DNA of 64,000 nt from Carpediemonas membranifera BICM (Eukaryota; Protista; Fornicata), in contig JAHDYR010000006.1 in assembly GCA_019828565.1 (NCBI GenBank), positions 186,001 through 250,000 of the forward strand, given 5' to 3'. Below, piece after piece: positions 9,395 through 19,603 of this stretch (position 1 is the first letter of the stretch; the number at the start of each line of letters is the position of its first letter). The notes beneath the pieces were generated by a model. That model saw only the letters and a program-made list of their open reading frames with translations. It had not been told where the DNA came from and did no database searches. Both the position numbers and the translations under genes were made by a program.

Positions 9395-11143
9395 TCACCC
9401 AACTTCCACAGTCTGCGCCCGCTTACCCCGCCCCCTGCCCCGCGCCGCCTTCCGCTTCCCCGGCCGTGGGCTGGGTTCATCCACGGGCACCTCGACGGGC
9501 ACGTACTCGTCGTCGTCCCCGGGCTTGAGCGTGGGCTTCGTAGGCTTCTGCTCCGTGACCCCGCCCTCTGGCTCGAGTAGCACAACATCGTCGTCGTCCT
9601 CCGCCTCGACCTCCTCCGCTGCTGCCGCCGCAATCCGCGCCATGTCTCCAGCCGTTTCAGCCAAAAACTCGGGGGTGAGCTTGCTGATTGCGTGGGCGAT
9701 CACTGTTCGCATCCAGTACGGCTCGACGTCCGGGGAAAACCAGAGGTCCCATTTGGCCTGCTGGATGTCCTTCCTTCGCTTAATGATGTCAAGCGGGTGA
9801 TGTACGTTGCCGTAGTCGATGTCTGGACACTCGAAGTTGATGAAATAGTGGATAAAGAGCAGTACAAACAGTCCACAATCCGTCACGTTGTTCTGCTTAG
9901 GCATGGTGCTGACGTTAAAGTGCGGGAATGAATACAAGTTCATGAAGTCCACCCTAGGGTCGCCCTTAGCCATCCTCCACTCCTCCTGCAGGTACTGCCG
10001 CATTGCAGGGAAGGCCCGTGTCTTGTTGCCACCGATTGAATCCAGGTAGAGCAGGCAGGGCCCAAACTGGGATGAGTTGTCCCCAGCAACACGGCCGCCC
10101 GGGACCGGCTGGAACTCTGGCCAGGGCCCGAACATGGGGCCGGGGACATCCTCCTTCTTCTTGGCGGCAGGCTTCTTGGTCACCCGTTTGGGTCGTCCCA
10201 GGGGTGTCATCTCCTGCACCTCCTCCACTGGCGGCTCGGGCAGTGGCGCGGGCTTGGGCTTGAGTGGTTTTCCCCGCCTGGCATTGCCCTTCGGCTTGGT
10301 CTCCTCCACCGGCACAGGCTCAGGCGCTGGATCGGGTTCAGGAACTGGAACTGGGTCAGGCAGGGGCTGGGTCGTGTCCTCGTCATCGTCTCCGTCCAGG
10401 TCGAACACGGTGGCGCTCGCCTCATCCGCCTGGGCCCGCGCCTTCTCAGCCTCCGCCTCGGCTCTCATCGCCTCCTCCGCCTTCACTTCCTCGTCCGTCT
10501 TGGTGGGGGGCACGTCTCCCGGCCTGACCACGATGAGGAGGGACCAGTGGTGGGCCTGGTGCACGGGCACGATGAGGAGCTTCTTGGTGAATACATCTTC
10601 GCTCTTGGCCCATCGCTTGACAGACTCGTAGTCGAACTGAGTGCCGGATTTGTGGCTCAGCTTGGTGTAGAAGTAGGTAGAGAACATGTGGACTGACTGG
10701 CGCTCCTCCTCGGTGAGGATCGCCAGGGTCAGATACTTGATGTAGAACTCAATGAGCGAGTCATCGAGCTCCCCGCCGTTCTTGAGACGGGCAAGGTCGC
10801 CCTTGGTCAAAGATACGGCACTGCGCTTGGCGTGTAGCGGGTAGCGACAGATCCTGAAGGACTGGTCGTTGGTGAGAGCCGAATGTTTCGCACAACATGC
10901 CTCTACCTCGTTGTTGATGGCCTTGAGCTCCTGTGTGATGGTATAATGAGGTGTACAAACGCTGCCTAGGCTTCGTTGCTCCAGATCCTGGAACACCTCT
11001 TCGTATGGACGGTACGGCGGCTGATATGACGATTCGTCCACGGAAAATGGAATTTTTTGGAACGATTTGGCTAATGAGGGGTAGTAAAGAGGATCTTTGT
11101 TCGTATTTCTGGCTGTTTTGCCTCCCGCTTTGGTTTTGCCCAT
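9395..11143 (-). CDS. SUMO protease, C48 family (Ulp2/SENP6-7-like)
   Basis: 'LDDSLIEFY', 'FSTYFYTKL', His in 'HHWSL', Asp in 'LDSIG' and Cys in 'QNNVTDCGLF', with a long Pro/acidic insertion in the catalytic domain. Confidence 0.9.
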   Translation of the reverse strand: MGKTKAGGKTARNTNKDPLYYPSLAKSFQKIPFSVDESSYQPPYRPYEEVFQDLEQRSLGSVCTPHYTITQELKAINNEVEACCAKHSALTNDQSFRICRYPLHAKRSAVSLTKGDLARLKNGGELDDSLIEFYIKYLTLAILTEEERQSVHMFSTYFYTKLSHKSGTQFDYESVKRWAKSEDVFTKKLLIVPVHQAHHWSLLIVVRPGDVPPTKTDEEVKAEEAMRAEAEAEKARAQADEASATVFDLDGDDDEDTTQPLPDPVPVPEPDPAPEPVPVEETKPKGNARRGKPLKPKPAPLPEPPVEEVQEMTPLGRPKRVTKKPAAKKKEDVPGPMFGPWPEFQPVPGGRVAGDNSSQFGPCLLYLDSIGGNKTRAFPAMRQYLQEEWRMAKGDPRVDFMNLYSFPHFNVSTMPKQNNVTDCGLFVLLFIHYFINFECPDIDYGNVHHPLDIIKRRKDIQQAKWDLWFSPDVEPYWMRTVIAHAISKLTPEFLAETAGDMARIAAAAAEEVEAEDDDDVVLLEPEGGVTEQKPTKPTLKPGDDDEYVPVEVPVDEPSPRPGKRKAARGRGRGKRAQTVEVG

Positions 11144-11227
11144 CGCAGCGATTTGAAGACTTCAGCACAAAATGCACCACCACAACTCGGACAGAGTCTT
11201 AGCAGCGTTCTTTTGTTTATTTTGGGT

Positions 11228-11806
11228 TTAGAGGTACTGTCCGATCCATCTGAAGCCCTCGGCATAGCCAGTCTTGCGCAGGATAGAGCACATGAAGACC
11301 TCGATGGGGCGGGTCGTGCCGAGCTCCTCCTTGGTCGCGTGCTTGCCAGTCGTGTGGATGTTGATCATCTGCATAAACTGGGGCTCGGAGCAGGCGTCGG
11401 GCCGGTCGATCTTGTTGCCAAGGATAGCGAAGGGCACGCCAGCCAGTTCTTCGGACTCAAGCAGCTCGCGAAGAGCATCCGCAGATTCTTGCATACGCTC
11501 GTGATCAGCAGCGTCCACGATATAGATAACAGCGTCGCACTTGGCATAGTAGTCCTGCCAAATGCGACGGGCCTCCTTGTGTCCTCCGAGGTCGAAGGCA
11601 GAGAAGGTGATCTTGCCCATGCGGATCTCCTCATTAGTAGGGTGCAGGGTCGGTTGATGCTGCACAAGCTTTCCGTCCTTCAGCATATGAAGGAGAGTTG
11701 TCTTGCCTGCGTTATCAAGGCCAAGGAAGACCAGTTTCGCCTTTTTGTTGTAGAGCCCAAGATATGAAAGCATGTTGAGGAACCAGTTTGTGAAGCTGAA
11801 GACCAT
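11228..11806 (-). CDS. SAR1: Small GTPase SAR1 (COPII)
   Basis: GLDNAGKTT, PTLHPT, DLGGH, GNKID and RPIEVFMCS motifs. Confidence 0.97.
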   Translation of the reverse strand: MVFSFTNWFLNMLSYLGLYNKKAKLVFLGLDNAGKTTLLHMLKDGKLVQHQPTLHPTNEEIRMGKITFSAFDLGGHKEARRIWQDYYAKCDAVIYIVDAADHERMQESADALRELLESEELAGVPFAILGNKIDRPDACSEPQFMQMINIHTTGKHATKEELGTTRPIEVFMCSILRKTGYAEGFRWIGQYL

Positions 11807-12272
11807 CTGTCAAGTATTCAACAAAGACCCTGCCTGCACATAAAATGCTCGACATCAATTGATTACCGCGGCTCAGGTGATGGAGTTCTTCATTGATTAA
11901 CCAATCAACAATCTGAATGCGTCTCGAGAGTTCTTCTATTCCGGTCCTGCGTCATGCACTTAGTCAACCACGTCGAGGAGTACTCTGCGAGTGAGAGGGC
12001 GCGTAGTTGCGCCGACACGACTCCGGCGCGAGAAGCGCGGACCCAAAATTCGGTCGCTCGATTTTGGCGCGGAGTCGCCAAGTCAAGAACAGAAGCTCGA
12101 AAACACGAGTTTACTTCATGCGTACCAGCACGGCCCGGTCCGGACCCGAACCGAGCGAACATTCGATCAGTTTGAGCCTCAAACGGCCAGTAAATGTTCT
12201 ACCCCTCATTGGTTTTACCTGCATGCAGGGTTAGAAGGGATGCCGTTGGCATCGGGAAAAACGAGATGGAAT

Positions 12273-14351
12273 TTACTCCTTGCGGCCGTCAGGGATGAGA
12301 TGAAGCACAGGGCCAACCTCAGTCACCTCGTCCACGTAACAGAAGCCCTTGCGCTCGATCTGGATGATGTCACCCTTCTTCACACCGGCAAACTGCTTGG
12401 GATCAATGAAGATGGTGCGCGCCACCTTCGACTCGGGGTTAAGGAAGTCAGCGGGATCATCGCCGTCTTCGGGGATCTTCTTGGTCACGAGATGACCGAA
12501 CTTGATCATGGTGGCCGGCTGGGTGGCAGCTTCCTTGGCCAGCCAGGTGATCTTAGCAGTGCCCTTGAAGTCGGTGTCCTCCAGCGTCAGCCGGGCCTTC
12601 ACGCCGGTCTCGGAGATCTCCTCGATGACGATGTTTCCCCAATCCATCAAGGTGACCTTCTCGCCAACCTTGAATGAGGTGGCATCCGCCTTGTCAATGA
12701 CGACAGTTGGGCCCATGAGCACGGACTTCTCGCCCACAGCGGGGTTCTTCTTGTGAAGGGGGCGGGACTCGGTCACAGTCGAGTCAACGTTGGTCAAAGT
12801 CAAATCTACCATATCCGACTCAATTCCGACGAATCTAGGGGCGATGGGGTCGATGATCTTCTTGTTGAGCACCCACAGTTTCTCCCACTCCATGTAGTTG
12901 GAGTTGCGACTCTGGCCCTGTGAGACAACGAACTCGCGAAGGGCCTGCACCGTGAGACCGCGTCTGATGATGCCCTGGACGGTGGGGAATCGAGGGTCCC
13001 ACCAACCGTCGACGATCCCGTCATCTACAAACTTCTGGAGCTTGCGCTTTGACAGGACAGTGTTGACGAGGTTCATGCGGCTGAACTCAACGACCTTGGC
13101 GCATCTGAGGCCGAGTGCCTGGGCGATCCACTGGTACTGCTCGTTCCTGTCCTGGAACTCAAGTGTCCTCAGGGCGTGTGTGACTCCCTCGATGGAGTCA
13201 ACAATAGGCACGGCGAGGTCGTACGTCGGGTAGATCAGGTACTTGGTGCCGGTGCGGTGATGGGCCTGGCCGGAGTAGCGGTAGAGGACGGGATCGCGCA
13301 TGGTGCCGTTGGGGGACTTCATGTCGATCTTGGCGCGGAGGACGCAGGTTTGGTCGGCGCCCGTCTTCATGGCCTCCCACATCTCGAGGTTCTTCTCGAC
13401 ACTGTTGGCACGGCAAGCAGACTCGATGCCCTCGAGACGCTGGTCGCGCATGGTGTTAACGTCCGAGTTATCGACGTACGCGTTGCCTTCGCGGATCATT
13501 TTCTCCGCGCACTGCATGATGTAATCAAAGTGGTCAGACGTGTAGGACATCGAGGACCATGTAATACCGAGCGTCTTGAGGTCACGCTGGATGTTATCGA
13601 CGAACTCGATGTTCTCCTTCGTCGGGTTGGTGTCATCGAGACGGAAGAGCATCTTCCCCTTGTAAATCTCGGCAACATAGTGGTTAAGCATGGCCGCCTT
13701 GACGTGGCCGATGTGAAGATAGCCCGACGGCTCGGGTGGGAAGCGGGTGACGACCTCGCCCATCTTGCCGTCGGCCAGGCCGAAGGAAGCGGCGGTGCCC
13801 TGGACGCCAGTCTTCTTACCGACCTTAGCCTGCGCCTTCTTGGCCGACTCAGAGACGGGCTTGGTCATGCCGCTGCGCTTGAACGTGGCAATGCCCTGGG
13901 AGATGAGCTTGGTGCCCTTGACGAGCTCAGTCTGGGTGGCCATGAAGGCGAGGTAGCGCGAAATATTGGGGAACGCGGCATCGGCGGTGAGACTGGAGGC
14001 AAGGATGACATCAGCGATGGTCATGCGGCCGTCGAGGAGGAACGGGCGGAAGAGAAGGTGGCCGTCGATGATCTTGGCGTGCTCAGCGGGGTTGCCGAGA
14101 GCGAGAGCAATCCAGCGCTCGCAAAGAGCCTTGGAAGTGGCATCGGTGGGCATGAGAGCGCACTTGAATGTGGTGAGGAGGTATGTGATGATGTCCTTCT
14201 CGCCAATGAGGGTGAGGTCGTCGGAAACCTTGAGAGAGACTTCCTTGACGTCCTTGGAGACAACAGCCTCGCACTTGGGGGCCTTGGTGATGGCCTGGAG
14301 AACAGCAGCCACAGCGAGGGGCTTTTGAGTATCAGCAAAGGAGAGCTGCAT
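12273..14351 (-). CDS. EARS: Cytosolic glutamyl-tRNA synthetase with N-terminal GST-like domain
   Basis: RFPPEPSGYLHIGH, LSKRKL, WDPRFPTVQG and QIERKG motifs. The start is taken at MQLSFAD, where strong codon bias begins (the ORF track extends to 14477). Confidence 0.95.
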   Translation of the reverse strand: MQLSFADTQKPLAVAAVLQAITKAPKCEAVVSKDVKEVSLKVSDDLTLIGEKDIITYLLTTFKCALMPTDATSKALCERWIALALGNPAEHAKIIDGHLLFRPFLLDGRMTIADVILASSLTADAAFPNISRYLAFMATQTELVKGTKLISQGIATFKRSGMTKPVSESAKKAQAKVGKKTGVQGTAASFGLADGKMGEVVTRFPPEPSGYLHIGHVKAAMLNHYVAEIYKGKMLFRLDDTNPTKENIEFVDNIQRDLKTLGITWSSMSYTSDHFDYIMQCAEKMIREGNAYVDNSDVNTMRDQRLEGIESACRANSVEKNLEMWEAMKTGADQTCVLRAKIDMKSPNGTMRDPVLYRYSGQAHHRTGTKYLIYPTYDLAVPIVDSIEGVTHALRTLEFQDRNEQYQWIAQALGLRCAKVVEFSRMNLVNTVLSKRKLQKFVDDGIVDGWWDPRFPTVQGIIRRGLTVQALREFVVSQGQSRNSNYMEWEKLWVLNKKIIDPIAPRFVGIESDMVDLTLTNVDSTVTESRPLHKKNPAVGEKSVLMGPTVVIDKADATSFKVGEKVTLMDWGNIVIEEISETGVKARLTLEDTDFKGTAKITWLAKEAATQPATMIKFGHLVTKKIPEDGDDPADFLNPESKVARTIFIDPKQFAGVKKGDIIQIERKGFCYVDEVTEVGPVLHLIPDGRKE

Positions 14352-14623
14352 GCCGAATGGGCACAGTCGATTCGGAGTCGATCCAGCAACACTGGAGAAT
14401 GGAGCTGGTTGAGCACCTAATGGCATAACCGTACCACTGCAGCGGCCAATGACCTTCCTGTGCATCCTAGCGCTCAATACTGAGCCCGACCCCGTTCGTA
14501 AAACTCAGCCACTCAGAGCTGCTGTAAGCACTTGAACAGCGTCACTACCCAGCACTACCAGCAGTGCCAGTTGCTTTCGAAGCACAGCCGACTCGGACAA
14601 TTCTGCGCAATGATCACAACGAC

Positions 14624-17600
14624 ATGCCTGGTGCTGTACTAAGCATAGCTATTGGCCAATGTGGCATCCAAGTAGGCACAATGTACATGCGGTACATACT
14701 GAAACATCTTAGTGGCGATCTGCGCGAGAAGCACATTTTTATGCAGAAGGAGCCGTCCACAGGCTCAATGTGCGCTCGATTCATGCTTATTGACACCGAA
14801 CCAAACGTTATAGCGCAAGTAGACGCAGATGAGGAGCTATCACAGCTCATTCCCCGAAGAAATCGCTTTGCCCTCAGCGATGACGGCGCGGGCAACAACT
14901 GGGCCATCGGCTTCCAGCGCTACGGCACCGAATACGCCAAGACGCACAACAACACCCACCCAGTCATCAAGCGCGTCCGCACGCTCGCCATGGATGGCGT
15001 GGCCGCCGTAGTCGTCTTCACATCCCTGTCGGGCGGAACGGGCAGTGGGCTCGGGTCATACCTCGTGGCCGCGATCAAGACAGAGATCCTAGCATCCCTC
15101 CTAGGGGTCAGGCTGGTCTCTGTGGCCGTCCGGGGAGAGGAGGTGGTGACAGGCCCGATCAATCAGTTGATGGCCGCTGCTACCATTGCCCAGCATGTAG
15201 ATACGTGTATACTATGCGATAACGCCTCCATACAGGCCCAGCTGACCCACGTCCAGGGTCATGGTCTCGACCGCACCTCTGAGGCAGGCAGGGGCTATGA
15301 CGAGGAGAACGGACTGATCGCCCAAGCGGTGGGTGAGATCGCACTCGCCAGTGCCCAACCAGGGAGCGCCTGCATGGATTGGGGCGACCTCCTCGTCCAC
15401 CGCATCGTCTCGGTCGGGTCCGTCGCTATTGACACCAGAGTCGACGCGAGCAGAGCTGTCGCGGCAGAGCTGGCCGGGCTGTGGCGCCACCACTCGTTCG
15501 AACTGGGGTCCGGTGGCCAGCACACCATCCACTCGGGCGTGGTCGTTTGCCGTGGCCCGGTCCCGCTGTTTAACTCGGTGGAAGAAGCCATCGCAAAACC
15601 TCCCACCACGCTCAGGCGCAGGTTCGACTCAGCAGCTCGACTCCCCATTCGAGTTTTTCACGTCGAGTCGGCCGAGTCATCAAGAAATGTGCTCACCCAT
15701 GTGACAAACTACGCGTCACTCGGCGAATACATCGAATCTAGTCTTATCGCCCAAGTTGACAGGTACCAGCGCGGCCCAAAGATTGGTGGCTGTTCACCAA
15801 TGATATCAAACTATGTACGCGAGAAAGAGGACTTCGAGGCAGACATCGAGGAGGCCAAACGCGCCCTCCGCCGCATCACCCACATTGCAGACAAGACATC
15901 ACTGCCCCAGACCACTCCGCCCGAGCTGACCGACGCCATGCCACCGCACCCGCGACCTGTGGCCCAACCTGGGTCGCCCGTGCAGTATTTCGTGCTCATC
16001 GGGCAGTGCGGAAACCAGCTTGGGCGATCAATCTTGTCGACACTGTTTGCCTCGCATTTCGACACGGGCGAAACAGCCCATGAATTTTTCTGGAGGACGG
16101 AGGAAGGTGAACTCCGACCCTGGGCGGTTGGCGTGGATCTAGACTCAAGAATCCAGGAATCTAGCAAATATTGTGCAGATTTCCCAGATGCTGTCCGAAT
16201 GTCTCATTTGTTCACAGTAGGTGGTGGTGCTGGTACGAATTGGCGCGACGGGTTTGATGCAATCAGCAGGGGTCCAGTCAGTGTCGCCGACTCTGTCGTC
16301 CGAGCAATCAAAGGCGACCTCGTCACGGCCGGCCGCACTCTCCGGCGTCTGGTGTTCGTCCACTCCACCGGCGGCGGCACAGGCTCAGGTGGAAGTAGTG
16401 TTCTCCTCCGCCGACTGTCGGCCGAGTTCCCCCAGGCCATGGTTCTCGACGTCGCGGTCGTCCCCGACGCTGACGAGTGGGGCGGCGCAGACCCTAGGCC
16501 GTGGGTCAACTCCCTGCTCGCACTCAGTTGTGTGGGGCGGTACAGCGACCATGCACTGGCCATGACGAACGGCGGGATCGCAGAGGAGCTGAGATTTGCT
16601 GGATCTACCGGATCTAGACTCAGTCTTGACGCAATCAACGCTGCAATGGCCCACCACGTTGTGCACGCCATCCTTTCCCTGTCTAGAATCGAGCCGGCTG
16701 TCGGTACTCCCTTTATCTCAGCCCACGACCTCGGTGGTGACGCCATCACCCCCCTCACCCCAGGCCAAGTCGTGCGGGAGCCGGGCATGAGAGGGTCGTG
16801 GCACACCCTGACGGCCTCTGCCGAGTCGATTGTCGAGACCCTCGCAGCCAGCGGCAGAAGTCTACAAGAAGCGGTACTTACACTTTGCGGCCCTCCCCCC
16901 AAGTTCGGGTGGCTCCTGGATACTCCGCCGGACGATGACATGGGCCCACGCCAGGCCCGCTTTTGTGCTGCACTGCAGGCTGTCCAACGGCGCGGGTTGA
17001 CCCCCCTGGTCTCGGGGCACAGGGTCGGGTTCGAGTTGTCAGGCCGGGTGATTGTCTCGGGCTTGTCGGAGTCGGTGGCTGCTGCTCTGAGGAAGGCATG
17101 CGAGATTGTGAGCAGCAACTGGTCGGAGCTGCTGGCGACTAAGTTTGACTCTGAAGCAGTCGCTGCCGCCCTTGCAACAGTCAGCCTGATTTTGAGTAAT
17201 TCAACGTTCGACCAGACGGAGAACATTCGATGGAGGATCATGACCTCACTAAAGCTCGATGCCCTCCAGGGAATCAAGCCAAGTGACCCGGACACCGTGA
17301 CTGCCACCTGGGACAGCCTACCAAACCTAGAGCCTGACGCGGCAGAGAAGCTCGCAAGTATACTAGACGGGGCAATCCAGCGCAGTTTAGAGCGATGGGA
17401 TGGCCGGCATGCACTCACGATCCAGCCCCCCCGCGCCCCGCCAGACCCCGAGGAGCCAACGGACGTCTATGTCCGGTGTACGGCGAGCGATGCTGAAGTC
17501 AGCTTCACCATGGAGATGTTCGACACGGGCCTCGTACCGCTGGTTAAGGCCTACCGCCTAGCCCCGCAGAATAATCCGATGGCGCTCAGAGAGAAGTTGG

Positions 17601-17704
17601 GGTGGACGTTCTTGACGAAGGAGGGCTTTGAATGGATGAAGGCGGCGTACTGCGAGAGCAGAGAGTCGGTGGGTTCGTACTACGTCGAGGAGAAGAGGCA
17701 GTAA
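14624..17704 (+). CDS. Divergent protein with two tandem tubulin-like GTPase domains plus a C-terminal extension
   Basis: Domain 1 has IGQCGIQVG, IDTEP, GAGNNWAIG, SLSGGTGSG and CDN. Domain 2 has IGQCGNQLG, VDLD, GAGTNWRDG, HSTGGGTGSG and MTN. Both lie in one uninterrupted ORF. Confidence 0.85.
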   Translation: MPGAVLSIAIGQCGIQVGTMYMRYILKHLSGDLREKHIFMQKEPSTGSMCARFMLIDTEPNVIAQVDADEELSQLIPRRNRFALSDDGAGNNWAIGFQRYGTEYAKTHNNTHPVIKRVRTLAMDGVAAVVVFTSLSGGTGSGLGSYLVAAIKTEILASLLGVRLVSVAVRGEEVVTGPINQLMAAATIAQHVDTCILCDNASIQAQLTHVQGHGLDRTSEAGRGYDEENGLIAQAVGEIALASAQPGSACMDWGDLLVHRIVSVGSVAIDTRVDASRAVAAELAGLWRHHSFELGSGGQHTIHSGVVVCRGPVPLFNSVEEAIAKPPTTLRRRFDSAARLPIRVFHVESAESSRNVLTHVTNYASLGEYIESSLIAQVDRYQRGPKIGGCSPMISNYVREKEDFEADIEEAKRALRRITHIADKTSLPQTTPPELTDAMPPHPRPVAQPGSPVQYFVLIGQCGNQLGRSILSTLFASHFDTGETAHEFFWRTEEGELRPWAVGVDLDSRIQESSKYCADFPDAVRMSHLFTVGGGAGTNWRDGFDAISRGPVSVADSVVRAIKGDLVTAGRTLRRLVFVHSTGGGTGSGGSSVLLRRLSAEFPQAMVLDVAVVPDADEWGGADPRPWVNSLLALSCVGRYSDHALAMTNGGIAEELRFAGSTGSRLSLDAINAAMAHHVVHAILSLSRIEPAVGTPFISAHDLGGDAITPLTPGQVVREPGMRGSWHTLTASAESIVETLAASGRSLQEAVLTLCGPPPKFGWLLDTPPDDDMGPRQARFCAALQAVQRRGLTPLVSGHRVGFELSGRVIVSGLSESVAAALRKACEIVSSNWSELLATKFDSEAVAAALATVSLILSNSTFDQTENIRWRIMTSLKLDALQGIKPSDPDTVTATWDSLPNLEPDAAEKLASILDGAIQRSLERWDGRHALTIQPPRAPPDPEEPTDVYVRCTASDAEVSFTMEMFDTGLVPLVKAYRLAPQNNPMALREKLGWTFLTKEGFEWMKAAYCESRESVGSYYVEEKRQ

Positions 17705-17994
17705 ACGTTCAGCACTGTTTTAAACCTTTATTCCGCACTCTGACTGACTGTGATTCGGCAGCATACCCGGCTTGCTTGATTGACTGACGCGGGGAGGATC
17801 CATCAGGACTTGAATCCACGACCGCCCGCTGGGTTGGGGCGTGGGCGCACTCTCAATGAAAATGAAAACGAGCGAGCTTCTGGAGCGCCGCCGAGTCGAT
17901 CCTGAATCGAATCAGGTGAATTGACTACGTCATTTCCACTGATTTCCAATGGTCCACGGGAGGCCGGCATCGGCGGATATTAGGGTAACACCGT

Positions 17995-18081
17995 AAACTC
18001 AATTTATATACGCTCCCGTAAACAGCAGCAAAACCGCGCCCCGCGCGCCATGAAGTGACTTGTTAAGCCTGGTTAGATGGC
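17995..18081 (-). repeat. Dispersed 87-bp repeat, copy A
   Basis: Its reverse complement matches 36267-36353 with 3 mismatches. Confidence 0.9.
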
Positions 18082-18572
18082 TTTTCGTAAACTGCGCGAC
18101 CCAACTGTCACGACGGATGCTGCTTGGCGATCGCACGCGTTGAGTCATCACGCCATCAAGCGGCCAAGGTTCAACCTGATCCTGCCTCTCGACCTTGAAG
18201 GTGGGCATCACAGTCGGTCTCTGGGCCGGGATTCAAAGCTATTGACTCCCGTGCTGATGGTAATTTGGACCGAGTCGGGCTGGGACTACTGATTCTCACT
18301 CAGTATCGATATGGATGACAATTACATGGCGGAACGGGTTCTGGAAAAAAAGAAGACGCTTCCGTACTTTCTGTTGTGCAATAAACATGGCTGCCTCTCG
18401 TCATGACCAGCTCGGCCCTACCCGTGACCAGCCGTGTCTTCACGCTCGATATGCTTCATGGCCCCTGGCTCTCCCTGCATTCTCAGCTCGGGCGATGTCA
18501 ACTGATTTATGTGGGCGGCATAGGGCATGACGGCTGTGGCCTGATTCTGCGCAAATTATTCTGCACAAAACG

Positions 18573-18882
18573 ATGCAGCAGTCGGATTGTGCGATCAACT
18601 TTGCGTCCTACGTGGACAAGGCGGTGCTTATCAAGTGCTCTGGTGGCCGAAAGAGTTCGTTCAGTCTTTATTTCTCACCTAGTTTCAGGCGTTGTGAAGT
18701 CATTCGATGATTTGTCTAATGTCGTCCTCCAGGACGCTGATGAGCTCATTGACACCACGAGTGCTGATGGTGAGGTCTCTACCAGACACCGAAAGCTCGG
18801 CGTTGTCGTCATCCGCGGCCAAACTATCACGGACGTCTGCCCCGCCCACCTCAAGCCCGTAGCCGGCTGGCCCACAGGTTAG
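18573..18882 (+). CDS. LSM7: U6 snRNA-associated Sm-like protein LSm7 (2 exons)
   Basis: Removing intron 18655-18682 gives MQQSDCAINFASYVDKAVLIKCSGGRKISGVVKSFDDLSNVVLQD...RKLGVVVIRGQTITDVCP, with Sm1 and Sm2 motifs of Lsm7 type. Confidence 0.85.
18655..18682 (+). other. Spliceosomal intron, 28 nt
   Basis: GTTCGT...CTCACCTAG. Removal restores the Sm1 motif. Confidence 0.85.
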
Positions 18883-19249
18883 ATGCCGACATGCCACTGT
18901 ACACTCTCCGCATGTAAATATACCACGGTTTCTTCTTTGCTAACTGTCGGCTCAAAGGGTGCATCGCCGAGAATTGTATAGTATTGCCGTCCTAGCCTGT
19001 CATCATCTCACACGGCCTGCGGTTCCACAACCTGCCCTATCTGCAATGATTCCATTCAAAGCCATCGCGATCCGGGAAGGTAGACCTTGGGTCTGTACCC
19101 TAGCACCGAGACGGTATGACAGACACAGTTGCCTGGCACAACACCGAGTCCGCGAATGAATTGAATTTACCCATAAGCTGGTGTCTCTGGCCCAGTATTC
19201 ATCCCGTTGGTAGTTTAATAGCATCGTTGTGGGCGGTTCGTCAGCCGTG

Positions 19250-19603
19250 TCATGGATGTCTGTGTGCCTCAGCCACCTTGCCGTCACACCGCCGCCTGAT
19301 GACGGTGGTCTTGGGTAGATGAGCCATAAGGCCATCGCTGGGCCCCGGTAGATGGGCCTTGAGGGCGTATTTGGTGGGCTTGGGACGGGGGATGTAGTCA
19401 ATTGGCTTCCTATAGTGCGCTGCACTCTGTAGACAGTATTCAGAGACATTATCAAGCATCTTTGTTCTATTTTGAGGGTCTGGCGCTGCCGATATTAGCC
19501 ATGTCATAGGCTGTTTCGTCGTTTTCAGGTATTCTAGACGATCAGGGAAAGCTACTGCGGGATATGGCACTGGTTGTCCTTGTGATGGTGGTATTCCTTG
19601 CAT
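19250..19603 (-). CDS. Hypothetical protein
   Basis: 117-aa ATG-initiated ORF in an otherwise unexplained gap. No domain recognised. Confidence 0.35.
   Translation of the reverse strand: MQGIPPSQGQPVPYPAVAFPDRLEYLKTTKQPMTWLISAAPDPQNRTKMLDNVSEYCLQSAAHYRKPIDYIPRPKPTKYALKAHLPGPSDGLMAHLPKTTVIRRRCDGKVAEAHRHP

Noticed and set aside
13176-14420. Long antisense ORFs (for example 13176-14420, 16204-17418, 24521-25480, 46801-48114, 59131-60048)
   Set aside because: These are shadow frames of GC3-rich genes on the opposite strand and have no domain features.
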